A stretch of DNA of 64,000 bases, taken from NCBI GenBank assembly GCA_963816185.1, contig CAWFJJ010000001.1, positions 161,224 through 225,223 on the forward strand, read 5' to 3'. How positions within the stretch are numbered: position 1 is the stretch's first letter; the number at the start of each line of letters is the position of its first letter. Shown piece by piece: positions 27,521 through 35,853 of the stretch. The translations under genes and the position numbers were made by a program. Under the pieces are notes generated by a model that saw only the letters and a program-made list of their open reading frames with translations, had not been told where the DNA came from and ran no database searches. The DNA is from Thermoanaerobaculia bacterium. Its GTDB lineage: Bacteria > Acidobacteriota > Thermoanaerobaculia > UBA5066.

Positions 27521-28528
27521 ATGGCCACGAAGGATCCCTACGAGGTTCTCGGCGTCGATCGTAAGGCGAGCGAAGCCGAGATCAAGAAGGCGTACCGCCG
27601 TCTTGCGCGAAAGCACCATCCGGACGTGAACGTCTCGGACGCGGCCGCGAAGAGAAAGTTCCAGGAGATCGCCGCCGCTTATGAGGTCCTCAAGGACCCG
27701 AAGCGCCGGAAGCACTTCGACATGACCGGCGACGCCGGAGGCCCGCCCGAAGCCGGCGCGCCGCGCCCGTCCGGAGCCGGGCCGTTCGGCGGAGGCGGTC
27801 CGTTCGGTGGAACGCCCCGCGGGACCTCGGGCTTCCGCTGGTCGGGCGACTTCGGCGACCTCTTCTCCGATCTCTTCTCGGGCGCCCGCGCAGGAACGCC
27901 CCGCGGCTTCGACGAGGAGGACGACGACGCGGCAGCGGAGCTCACGATCTCCTTTCGGGACGCGGTCCTCGGCGGAACCATCGCGCTGCAGATGCGATAC
28001 CCGCGCCGTTGCAGCCGGTGCGGCGGGTCGGGCCGGGTGGGTACCTCGACCTGCCCCACGTGTCACGGCGCGGGAGAGGTCGTGTCGAAGGAGCGCCTCG
28101 CCGTACGCATTCCCGCCGGCGTCGCGACCGGCTCGAAGGTGCGCGTGCCGGGCAAGGGCCGCAGCGAGAAGGGTGATCTCTACGTCGCCCTCACCGTCGT
28201 TCCGCACCCGTACTTCGTGCGCGAGGGCGACGACATCCTCGCCGAGGTGCCGGTGACGGTGTCGGAGGCTTACCTCGGCGCGGAGATCGACGTTCCGACG
28301 ATTCACGGGCCCGTGCGGGCCCGAATCCCGCCCGGGACCGCCGGAGGCCAGCGTTTCCGGCTCAAGGGCTACGGGGTGAGGAGCGGGCGAGGGGTGGACG
28401 GGGACCACACCTACCGCGTCTCGATCGCGATGCCGGGGCGCCCCACGGACGAGGGACGCGCCCTCGCCGCCAAGTTCGCCGTGCTCTACGAGAAGGATCC
28501 GCGCGCAGACCTTCCGCGCGGGCTGTGA
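27521..28528 (+). CDS. DnaJ-class J-domain chaperone (CbpA/DnaJ-like with a reduced Zn-finger)
   Basis: J-domain DPYEVLGV ... KKAYRRLARKHHPD. It has a Gly/Phe-rich linker, two CxxCxG repeats and a C-terminal DnaJ_C region. Confidence 0.85.
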   Translation: MATKDPYEVLGVDRKASEAEIKKAYRRLARKHHPDVNVSDAAAKRKFQEIAAAYEVLKDPKRRKHFDMTGDAGGPPEAGAPRPSGAGPFGGGGPFGGTPRGTSGFRWSGDFGDLFSDLFSGARAGTPRGFDEEDDDAAAELTISFRDAVLGGTIALQMRYPRRCSRCGGSGRVGTSTCPTCHGAGEVVSKERLAVRIPAGVATGSKVRVPGKGRSEKGDLYVALTVVPHPYFVREGDDILAEVPVTVSEAYLGAEIDVPTIHGPVRARIPPGTAGGQRFRLKGYGVRSGRGVDGDHTYRVSIAMPGRPTDEGRALAAKFAVLYEKDPRADLPRGL

Positions 28529-28539
28529 CCGATCGCCTT

Positions 28540-29655
28540 CTACTGCCTCTCGGACATGTCCGTCAAGACCGCGAGAGCGCGGTCGACGGGGAAGTCCGGT
28601 CGGGTCGGGATCGTGAGGATCGAGCTCGACCCGCCAGGGAGGTAAGAGAGGCCCGTGTCCGTGCTCCAGTAGAACGTCGGGACGCCGGCCGGCGAGATGA
28701 TCGTGCCGATTTCCATCTGGTACGGCAGGTCGATCTGGGTCGGGAGCGAGCGCTCGGTGAACGCCCGGCCGATGGGCGTGTGGCCGCGCGCGAACGACGT
28801 CCTTTGCGAGGGTGTGAGGCCGTCGGGCGGCACGAGCTTCGGAAGGTTGTCGGGAAACGCGAGGCGGATGACCTGCTGCGTGCGGGTCGCGAGATTCGCG
28901 AAGGACACGAGCACGCCGCCGTTCGTCCCCACGTCGCGCTGCAGGCCGGGGTGCGCGTACGACGACACGGGGAGGCCTGAGCTGTCGGTCGGGCCGGCGG
29001 CGCCGTTCAGCTCGTTGAGGTTCCACGCCGTGACGTCGTCGAGTCCGAGGCTGCCGTCCTCGATGAAGACGGCGGCATAGCGGGCCTGCGAGGCGCCGCT
29101 CTCTTCCCACCACACGATGGAGAGAATCGAGCGGCTTTTCGTGACCAGCTGGCCGTCGGCGTTCGTGTCCGTGTACGTCTGGCGCGTCACGAGAAGCCTC
29201 GGACTGACCGAAATGTAGAGGCCGGGGTTCGGCAGGAAGCTGCCGTCGACCCAGGAGCCGTCGCGGCGGATCGCGACCAGGACGTCCGAGAAGAAGCCGC
29301 GAACGCGGGAATACACGATGAAGACGGTCTGTGTCGCCTCGTCGAATTCGATCGACGACTCGAGCTTGAAGAAATCGTTCACGGTCCCGCCGACGACCTC
29401 GACCGTCGGCTGACCTCCGGGAGGGGTCGTGCGCAGCGCGAGGACGCGGAACGCCGCGTCGGATGCGTTCGCGCCGTTGACGACGTCACCGTAGGAAGCC
29501 GGGAACACCTCGTAGAGCGTTCCGTCCTTCGCGAGCACGGCGGACGCCGCGTCCGCCCGCCCCGCGAAAAGCCCGAAGGTCGCGAGCACGAGGAGGCCCG
29601 CGAGGGCAGAGGCGAGGCGGAAGGGAAGGCGGCGGGTGATCGAGCGGCGCTTCAC
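28540..29655 (-). CDS. Secreted hypothetical protein
   Basis: The GTG start sits 2 nt after the TPR gene stop. The signal-peptide region is VKRRSITRRLPFRLASALAGLLVLATFGLFAGRADA. No recognisable domain. Confidence 0.45.
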   Translation of the reverse strand: MKRRSITRRLPFRLASALAGLLVLATFGLFAGRADAASAVLAKDGTLYEVFPASYGDVVNGANASDAAFRVLALRTTPPGGQPTVEVVGGTVNDFFKLESSIEFDEATQTVFIVYSRVRGFFSDVLVAIRRDGSWVDGSFLPNPGLYISVSPRLLVTRQTYTDTNADGQLVTKSRSILSIVWWEESGASQARYAAVFIEDGSLGLDDVTAWNLNELNGAAGPTDSSGLPVSSYAHPGLQRDVGTNGGVLVSFANLATRTQQVIRLAFPDNLPKLVPPDGLTPSQRTSFARGHTPIGRAFTERSLPTQIDLPYQMEIGTIISPAGVPTFYWSTDTGLSYLPGGSSSILTIPTRPDFPVDRALAVLTDMSERQ

Positions 29656-29657
29656 GG

Positions 29658-30563
29658 TCAGCTCCGGAGGTTGATCACGTTGCGGAAATCGAAGACCTCG
29701 AGGTACGCACGGAGGTTCTTGAATTCCGGGTAGAGGTTCGCGAGCCGGTCGAAGTAACCGCGCGCGGCGGCGTCGTCGCCCGCGAGGTGGCACGTCTCAC
29801 CGAGGAGGTAGAGGAAGCTCTTCTCGACGGCGGGCTCCCCGCACAAGGGCACGCGCTCGAGGCCGCACTCGCCGAAAAAGCGAGCCTCCGCGTGCCGATC
29901 GCTCTTCAAGTACCCGAAGCACAGGTCCAGAAGAGGGTAGACCGTGTAGCTTCGGGCGTCCTCTCTCTCGAGCGTCTCGAAGGCCTCGTGTACGAAGGTG
30001 AGGCCTTCGGAAACGCGGTCGAGAGCGATGAGGCAATAGCCGAGGTTGTCGCGCCAGACGGCGCGAAAGATGGTGGACACGCCTTCCCGCCCATCGGTCC
30101 TTTCGAGCGCGCGGCGGTAAATCGCCGCGGCTTCCTCGAAACGACTGTCGACGGTCAGCAGCATGCCCGACTGGTTGTCGCAATGCGCGAGGATCGCCTC
30201 GTCGCCGAGCGCCTCGGCGTGGCGGCGCGCGATACGGTTGTAGAAGAGCGCCTTCTCGAAGTCGCGGCGTAGCTCGTAAACGCGCGCCGACGCATGCGCG
30301 GCGCGAACGGCCGTCGCGGGGCTCGCGGACCGGAGCAGGACGCGCTTGAGCTCGACGAGGACGTCGTCCGCCGGACCCGCCTCGATCGCGGCGTAGGCGC
30401 GGCAGACGTACATCCAGTCTTCGAAGGCGGGGTCTTCGGTCTCACGAGCGGACTCGAGGGCCCGGTCATAAGCCGAAAGCGCGGCGGGAAACTCACCCTT
30501 CTCGAGCAGGGCGAGCGCTTCCTGGCGGGCCGCTTCCGCGGTGGCGCGCGGAGCTTCAGTCAT
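29658..30563 (-). CDS. Tetratricopeptide-repeat protein
   Basis: 301 aa of repeated helical-pair motifs. It overlaps the upstream XRE gene by 8 nt. Confidence 0.65.
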   Translation of the reverse strand: MTEAPRATAEAARQEALALLEKGEFPAALSAYDRALESARETEDPAFEDWMYVCRAYAAIEAGPADDVLVELKRVLLRSASPATAVRAAHASARVYELRRDFEKALFYNRIARRHAEALGDEAILAHCDNQSGMLLTVDSRFEEAAAIYRRALERTDGREGVSTIFRAVWRDNLGYCLIALDRVSEGLTFVHEAFETLEREDARSYTVYPLLDLCFGYLKSDRHAEARFFGECGLERVPLCGEPAVEKSFLYLLGETCHLAGDDAAARGYFDRLANLYPEFKNLRAYLEVFDFRNVINLRS

Positions 30564-30984
30564 CTCCGTCCCCGTCGTGGCTGTCGTCGCCGTCGGGCCG
30601 GGTCTTGTCGACCTGCATTCTCTTGAACGTGACGAATTCGCGGACTTCGCGGCGCGCGCCTTCGGGGAGGGCCGACCAGTCGCGCGCGAGAGGCGCCTCG
30701 TCGAACGGAGCCGGCGGTACGTCGGCCGCCGCCATGTCTGACGACCCCGCCTCGGCCGGGGGCTCCTCGAAGAAGTGGCTCATGGAAAGCTCGAACACCT
30801 GAAGGATCCTGAAGAGAGTGTCGAGACCGACCTTGTACTCACCGTTCTCCATCCGCGACAGGTCGGATTGCGTCACGCCGATGCGGGAGGCGAGCTCCGC
30901 CTGCGTCAGATGCCGGCTCTTCCGGATTTGACGGATCTTCTGCCCCACCAGGAGGATCTGGGACGCACGCGGCACAGCGCTCAT
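30556..30984 (-). CDS. XRE-family helix-turn-helix transcriptional regulator
   Basis: 142 aa. HTH KIRQIRKSRHLTQAELASRIGVTQSDLSRMENGE. Acidic C-terminal tail. Confidence 0.8.
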   Translation of the reverse strand: MSAVPRASQILLVGQKIRQIRKSRHLTQAELASRIGVTQSDLSRMENGEYKVGLDTLFRILQVFELSMSHFFEEPPAEAGSSDMAAADVPPAPFDEAPLARDWSALPEGARREVREFVTFKRMQVDKTRPDGDDSHDGDGDD

Positions 30985-31062
30985 GAGCCTTCATCATCTA
31001 AGATAGTCTCTCCGCCCCGTGTGTCAAGCGGTTTCGGGTGACTTCGGATAAGCGCTACCTCA

Positions 31063-31830
31063 TTGAAGAACAAGATCTTCCTCCTTTCGGAGCTCCTCCG
31101 AAGAGACCTGGCGGCCCGATACGGGGGCAGTTTCGCGGGTCCCTTATGGGCGGTCCTGAACCCGGCTGTCTTCTGCGCGCTCAACGCCTTCGTGTTCGCC
31201 TTTGTCATCAAACTTCCGGTTCCAGCCGGTTTCAAAGGCAGTTATGTGGAGTTCCTCCTGGCAGGCCTCCTCCCCTGGCTCGGCATCCAGGAGGCGGTGA
31301 TGAGGGCCACGGTGTCGGTGAGCGACCAGGCGCATCTCGTCAAGAAGCTGCGTTTCCCGGTTCATCTCCTGACGGCGTCCGCGCTCGGAGCCGCGCTCGT
31401 CGTCCAGGCGATCGGAATGAGCCTCCTGACCGTTTTCCTCCTCGTGACCGGACGCGGCTCCGTGAATTTCGGCCTCCTCGTCGCCGCCTTCGCTTTCGAG
31501 TGCCTCCTTCTCGCCGGGCCGGCCCTCGTTCTCTCGTCGCTGAACGTCTTCTTCCGCGATCTCGCTCAGCTTCTCCCGCCGTTTCTCATGATCGCGTTCT
31601 ACCTCTCGCCGATCATCTATCCCGAATCGATGGTCCCGCGCTTCGCCGCGCCCTTCCTCGCGTTCAACCCGCTGCGCGATCTCCTCGCACTTTTTCGCGC
31701 TGCGCTGTTCGGGGCGCCGCCGCCATCTCTCGCGCACCTCGCCGGGTGGTCGGCCGTGCTCGTCGTGGTAGGCTTGCTGGGAGTCCGGTTCTTTCGGCGG
31801 TGCCGCCCGTCGTTCGCGGACCTTCTCTAG
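31063..31830 (+). CDS. wzm: ABC-2 type polysaccharide export permease (Wzm/KpsM-like)
   Basis: 255 aa with a TTG start and six TM segments. N-terminal LLRRDLAARYGGSFAGPLWA is typical of Wzm/TagG. Confidence 0.75.
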   Translation: MKNKIFLLSELLRRDLAARYGGSFAGPLWAVLNPAVFCALNAFVFAFVIKLPVPAGFKGSYVEFLLAGLLPWLGIQEAVMRATVSVSDQAHLVKKLRFPVHLLTASALGAALVVQAIGMSLLTVFLLVTGRGSVNFGLLVAAFAFECLLLAGPALVLSSLNVFFRDLAQLLPPFLMIAFYLSPIIYPESMVPRFAAPFLAFNPLRDLLALFRAALFGAPPPSLAHLAGWSAVLVVVGLLGVRFFRRCRPSFADLL

Positions 31831-31893
31831 AATGACTCTTCATCGCCCGAAGGCCGAAGGCCCGAGGGTTCCGTGCGCTGCTAGGAGTTTTCC

Positions 31894-33600
31894 GTGAAAG
31901 TGTCCCTCTCCGCCCTCTTGGCGGCTGTACTGGCTGCGGCTATCGGCTGCTCGTCCTCTGGGCCTTCGGCTCCCGCCGCGAAAACCGCGGCCGAAGAGAA
32001 GGCCGCAGAGGACGCGAAGCGAAGTGAACGCGCGAAGGCGCTCCTCGGCCTGCAGCCTCCGGCGCCGGTTCCGGGAGAAGAGACCGGCGAAGTTCCAACG
32101 ACGACGGTCGTGGACCCTGACACCGGAAAGAAGCTCCTCAGGATCCCAAAGCAGATCCTCTATTACGAGAAAGGGGGACGCCTCTTCAACGCCGTCGTGG
32201 TCGGGCCGGGACTCCCGATCGTCCGCGAGGACGACAAGGCGTACTTCATCCTCGCGCCTCCGGAGCGGCCGAAGCCAGCTCCGGGGAAAGCCGGCGAGCC
32301 GGAACCCGAAGACCTCAAGCCGATCATCGAGCTCCCGGCGAGCGAAGCCGCCGTCGTGACGCCGAAGGTCTCGAAGGGCGCGTTTCGTTTCGAGGAGATC
32401 TCCGATGGTTTGCCGGTCGGGGGCATGTGGCGTGAGAACTTCGACGTGGGAGACGTCCTTGGGCAGGGCCGTCCCCAGATCGTCGTGCCGCCGGCCCGGC
32501 TCACGGGCAACTTCATTCGCGTGTACCGGCTCGACAAGGGCGAGGACGACAAGTGGCGCTGGCACCTGGCCAACGTCACGTTCGAAAACGCCGAGAATAT
32601 TCAAGCGGCTTACGGTGCCGCCACCCTCGCGGACATGGACGGCGACGGCAAGCTCGACATCGTCTTCGGAGGACACGGCTCTGGACCCGCGATCGCGTTC
32701 AACAAGGGTGGAGGCGCGTTCAAGGTCGAGACCCTGGGTCTGCCCCGGCAGATGTCGACGCGTGCGATCGCCGTCGGAGACCTCAACGGCGACGGCCGGC
32801 AGGACCTTCTCGCCATCTCCGACGATCCCGAGTGGCTGCTCGCCGCCGGCAAGCCGCACGCCGACAAGGGCAGCTCCTACGTGCGGGGGTACGACGTCCG
32901 GGCCTTCCTGAACGAAGGCACGCGTTTCCGCGAAATTCACAAGGGCCTCGAAGGAGCCTGTTTCGGGTACTCGATTGCGCTCGTCGTGCCGAAGGACGCG
33001 AAGGACGGGCTGCCGTTCTATTCGTCCGGCTGCCGGTACACCTCGAGCGCCACGCATCTCTTCGAGTTCGATCCCAAGCTTGAGGAATTCCGCTACGCGG
33101 GCGTCGGCGTGGTGGAGCTCTTCTCCCAGCACATGGGATCGGCCGCCGGCACGTACCACGGCCGGCCCGCGGCCTTCGCCTCCTGGTTCAAGCGTTCGCC
33201 GTTCGGCGCCACGCCCAAGATCGACGGGCAGGGGGTCACGGTCTATTACCGGGACGTGGACGGGAAGATGGCGAGCAAGCGCGTTGTGAAGACGCTCCAG
33301 CCCGAGGCCCCCGGGTCATCCGGCATCGCCGTCGGGGACCTGAACGGAGACGGCCTCGACGACGTCGTGTGGTGCGACGAAACGTCGCAGCGCATACGGG
33401 TCTTCTTCCAGACGTCCGAGGGCGAATTCGAAGAGCTGCCGACCGAACGGGAGCCGACCTTCATCAACCATCCGACCTCGCTCCGGATCGCGGACTTCGA
33501 CGGGGACGGGCACAAGGACGTCGCCCTCATGTACCAGTACCTCACAGGGGACGAAACCCGGGCGGGTGGATTACGCGTCTTTCGAGGCCTCCCGAAGTGA
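31894..33600 (+). CDS. FG-GAP/VCBS-repeat beta-propeller lipoprotein
   Basis: GTG start with an AGGAG RBS. Lipobox AAAIGC. Repeated DxDGDGxxD motifs (DMDGDGKLD, VGDLNGDGRQD, VGDLNGDGLDD, ADFDGDGHKD). Confidence 0.7.
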   Translation: MKVSLSALLAAVLAAAIGCSSSGPSAPAAKTAAEEKAAEDAKRSERAKALLGLQPPAPVPGEETGEVPTTTVVDPDTGKKLLRIPKQILYYEKGGRLFNAVVVGPGLPIVREDDKAYFILAPPERPKPAPGKAGEPEPEDLKPIIELPASEAAVVTPKVSKGAFRFEEISDGLPVGGMWRENFDVGDVLGQGRPQIVVPPARLTGNFIRVYRLDKGEDDKWRWHLANVTFENAENIQAAYGAATLADMDGDGKLDIVFGGHGSGPAIAFNKGGGAFKVETLGLPRQMSTRAIAVGDLNGDGRQDLLAISDDPEWLLAAGKPHADKGSSYVRGYDVRAFLNEGTRFREIHKGLEGACFGYSIALVVPKDAKDGLPFYSSGCRYTSSATHLFEFDPKLEEFRYAGVGVVELFSQHMGSAAGTYHGRPAAFASWFKRSPFGATPKIDGQGVTVYYRDVDGKMASKRVVKTLQPEAPGSSGIAVGDLNGDGLDDVVWCDETSQRIRVFFQTSEGEFEELPTEREPTFINHPTSLRIADFDGDGHKDVALMYQYLTGDETRAGGLRVFRGLPK

Positions 33601-33666
33601 GGTTTCCGGCCGGAACGACACTCTCCTAGCGGATATGCGCGTCCACCATATTTTTCGGGAAACCCC

Positions 33667-33695
33667 TTGACATCGAGGAATTTTATTCCTATTGT
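33667..33695 (+). promoter_or_regulatory. Sigma70-type promoter candidate (TTGACA-17 nt-TATTGT)
   Basis: The -35 hexamer is at 33667-33672 and the -10 hexamer at 33690-33695. It lies in a low-GC intergenic region ~200 nt upstream of the 33894 gene. Confidence 0.4.
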
Positions 33696-33893
33696 TCGAC
33701 CAATGTTCAGGAGACTGGTGTCAGCCAGACTAGATATGCGCCCGCAGGGCGCTGCAAACCGGATTTCAAATTGAATTTCGGGAGGTGATTCAATATCGCG
33801 CGCGGCAGGAGCCGGATTAACCTTTCGAAAAACTCTCTTGAAAGAACTCACTCGGCACTAACGGATCCACTCGAATCATCGGTAGGAGTAAAA

Positions 33894-35640
33894 ATGAAAA
33901 AGTTTTCCGTCCTCATCGCCTTGGTGCTCCTCGCGGTCGCGGGCACGGGCTATGCGGTCACCTGCGCGTATGACAACGTGCCGGCGGCCACGTTGCTCGT
34001 TCCGTACTGGAAGGTGTCCCTGAACGGGGCCGCGGGCGCGCCCATCCCCACCGGCGGCACGGACACCCTCGTGTCGATCGTCAACGTCTCCACGCCGGGC
34101 GTCATCGCGCACGTCACGGTCTGGAACAAGTATTCCAAGGCTGTCATCGACTTCAACCTTCCCCTCACCGGGAAGGACGAAGTCTCGTTCTCGATGCGCG
34201 ACATCATGAACGGCAGGCTGAGCCCGAACTTCCCGCAGTGCGACCTGCTCCTGCCTGCGGCTGATCTCGCGAAGTGCCTGGCGACCTACAAGGTCGACCC
34301 GTGCGGCCTGAAGAACCCCGGCCTGCCGACCGCGGTGTACGTGCCGAGCGTCGGCTTCGGCCAGACCCAGTTCATCCGCTTCTCGCACCCCGATGCGGCT
34401 GCCCTGGGCACCGATGTCCTCACGTCGATCTCGCAGTACAACCTCACCACTCAGGACGCGATCGGAGCGGGCTTCCGCGGCAGTCGTGTGGAACTCGCTC
34501 GACGAGTCCGGCGACGTCACGTCGTTCACGTCCTCCTCGGGCGCGAACATCCTCGACAAGGACAACCCGGCTTGCGGCTGGGCCGCCAGCAACCCGGTGG
34601 GTGGCGCCCTGTCCGGCTACCTCACGATCGACGTCGTGAACTATTGCACGAACTTCTTCCCCGACCAGGCCGACTTCTACAACAAGGACGCGATCGCGAC
34701 GGCCGGTTGGACCCAGTCCGCGTACACGAACTTCCCGTGCACGACCGGAGTCGCATGCGCCGTCACGTACACGCCGAACGTCCTGATCGGCGACGTGTTC
34801 TACGTTGACACCGCCACGCAGGGCGGCAACGTCTCGGGCGACCCGGCTGTCGCGCTCGAGTTCGACGCGCGCCTCCCGTTCTCGAACGCAAATGAATCGA
34901 TAAACAAGACCTTCTTCGGCAAGTTCGTCGAGCTGGTCGCCGGCGCGACGGCCGCGTGCCCCGCAGAGCTCACGATTGGTTGCCAGAACCCGAACGTCCC
35001 CGTGAATTTCCGGTTCCCCGGCGACGGCCGCGAGCCCCTCGGCGACCATTACGGCTTCCGCTATCTGGCCGACCAGGCCAACGGCCTTCAGTCCTGGATC
35101 ACCGTTTGGCGCAGCGACATCTACCTGGACACCGCTGGCCTCCCCACCGAGGTCAACCTGTGTGACTGGGCCGATCCCACGAAGGACGCCAACAACGGCG
35201 CCTCGGGCTCTGGGCTCTTCGACGATCTGCACCAGGTCGTGATCCTCACCTACGACAACGACGAGAACCTGTTCGGCGGCGTCGGCGTTCCTCCGGGCCC
35301 GTCCGGTCAGCAGCCCGGCAGCTCGTCCCCGAACTACATCTTCCTCGAGTCCCAGCGCATCGACCTGCTCGCGTCATCGACCGCAGGGACTGGCTGGAAC
35401 CCGCAGCCCTTCAAGGGCGGCTGGGTCGACATCACGTTCCGCGGACCCACGTGGACGGGCGCGGATGATGAGACCGGCTTCTGGAACCAGGCTTGGGTCG
35501 GCGTGCAGCACACTGCTCCCGGCGCGTTCATCAGCGTCGGTCACGCCGCGTCAGACCTGAACAATGACTTCCAGTGCCAGCCGAACAGGTCCACGTTTGG
35601 AACGTACGTCAACTTCCAAACGCCCTCAAACGGCTTCTAA
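33894..35640 (+). CDS. Secreted Cys-rich protein of unknown function. It has an apparent +1 frameshift near 34478.
   Basis: AGGAGT RBS. Signal peptide MKKFSVLIALVLLAVAGTGYA. ORF 33894..34808 continues in ORF 34393..35640. The junction ggcttccgcggcagtc is consistent with one extra C. The C-terminal frame extends with no stop. The gene is flanked by its own promoter candidate and terminator. Confidence 0.55.
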
Positions 35641-35662
35641 AGTCTCTTTTTCCTGATTCCCT

Positions 35663-35699
35663 GGGCGGGCGGCTTCGGCCGCCCGCCCTTTTCTTTTCT
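35663..35699 (+). terminator. Rho-independent terminator
   Basis: Perfect 11-bp GC stem gggcgggcggc-ttcg-gccgcccgccc followed by ttttcttttct. Confidence 0.65.
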
Positions 35700-35853
35700 G
35701 AAAGATGCCCCACATCCGGGACACTTCGATCCGGCCCCTCGGCCACGCGTAAATGACGAAACCGGCTGGACACGGCCCACGCTCGGAGATAAACTTACGC
35801 TCGGATCACCTTCGCCCTGGAAGGGTTATTCGCGCCCCTAATCGAGGACCCAG

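Noticed and set aside
30556-30563. Possible frameshift fusing the XRE and TPR genes into one RNPP-like protein
   Set aside because: Both frames give natural-looking termini: the acidic tail DGDDSHDGDGDD-stop, and MTEAPRATAE. The 8-nt overlap ATGACTGA is a normal coupling arrangement. No homopolymer lies at the junction.
33601-33893. tRNA or other structured RNA gene in the low-GC intergenic regions
   Set aside because: There is no T-loop GTTCGA(A/G)TC, no acceptor-stem pairing, no tmRNA/RNase P/SRP conserved boxes. The same holds at 25250-25640, 20779-20944 and 35701-35853.
35701-35853. Second sigma54 promoter upstream of the giant protein gene
   Set aside because: The best candidates, tggacacggcccacgct and ctggaagggttattcgc, have wrong spacing or a poor -12 element.
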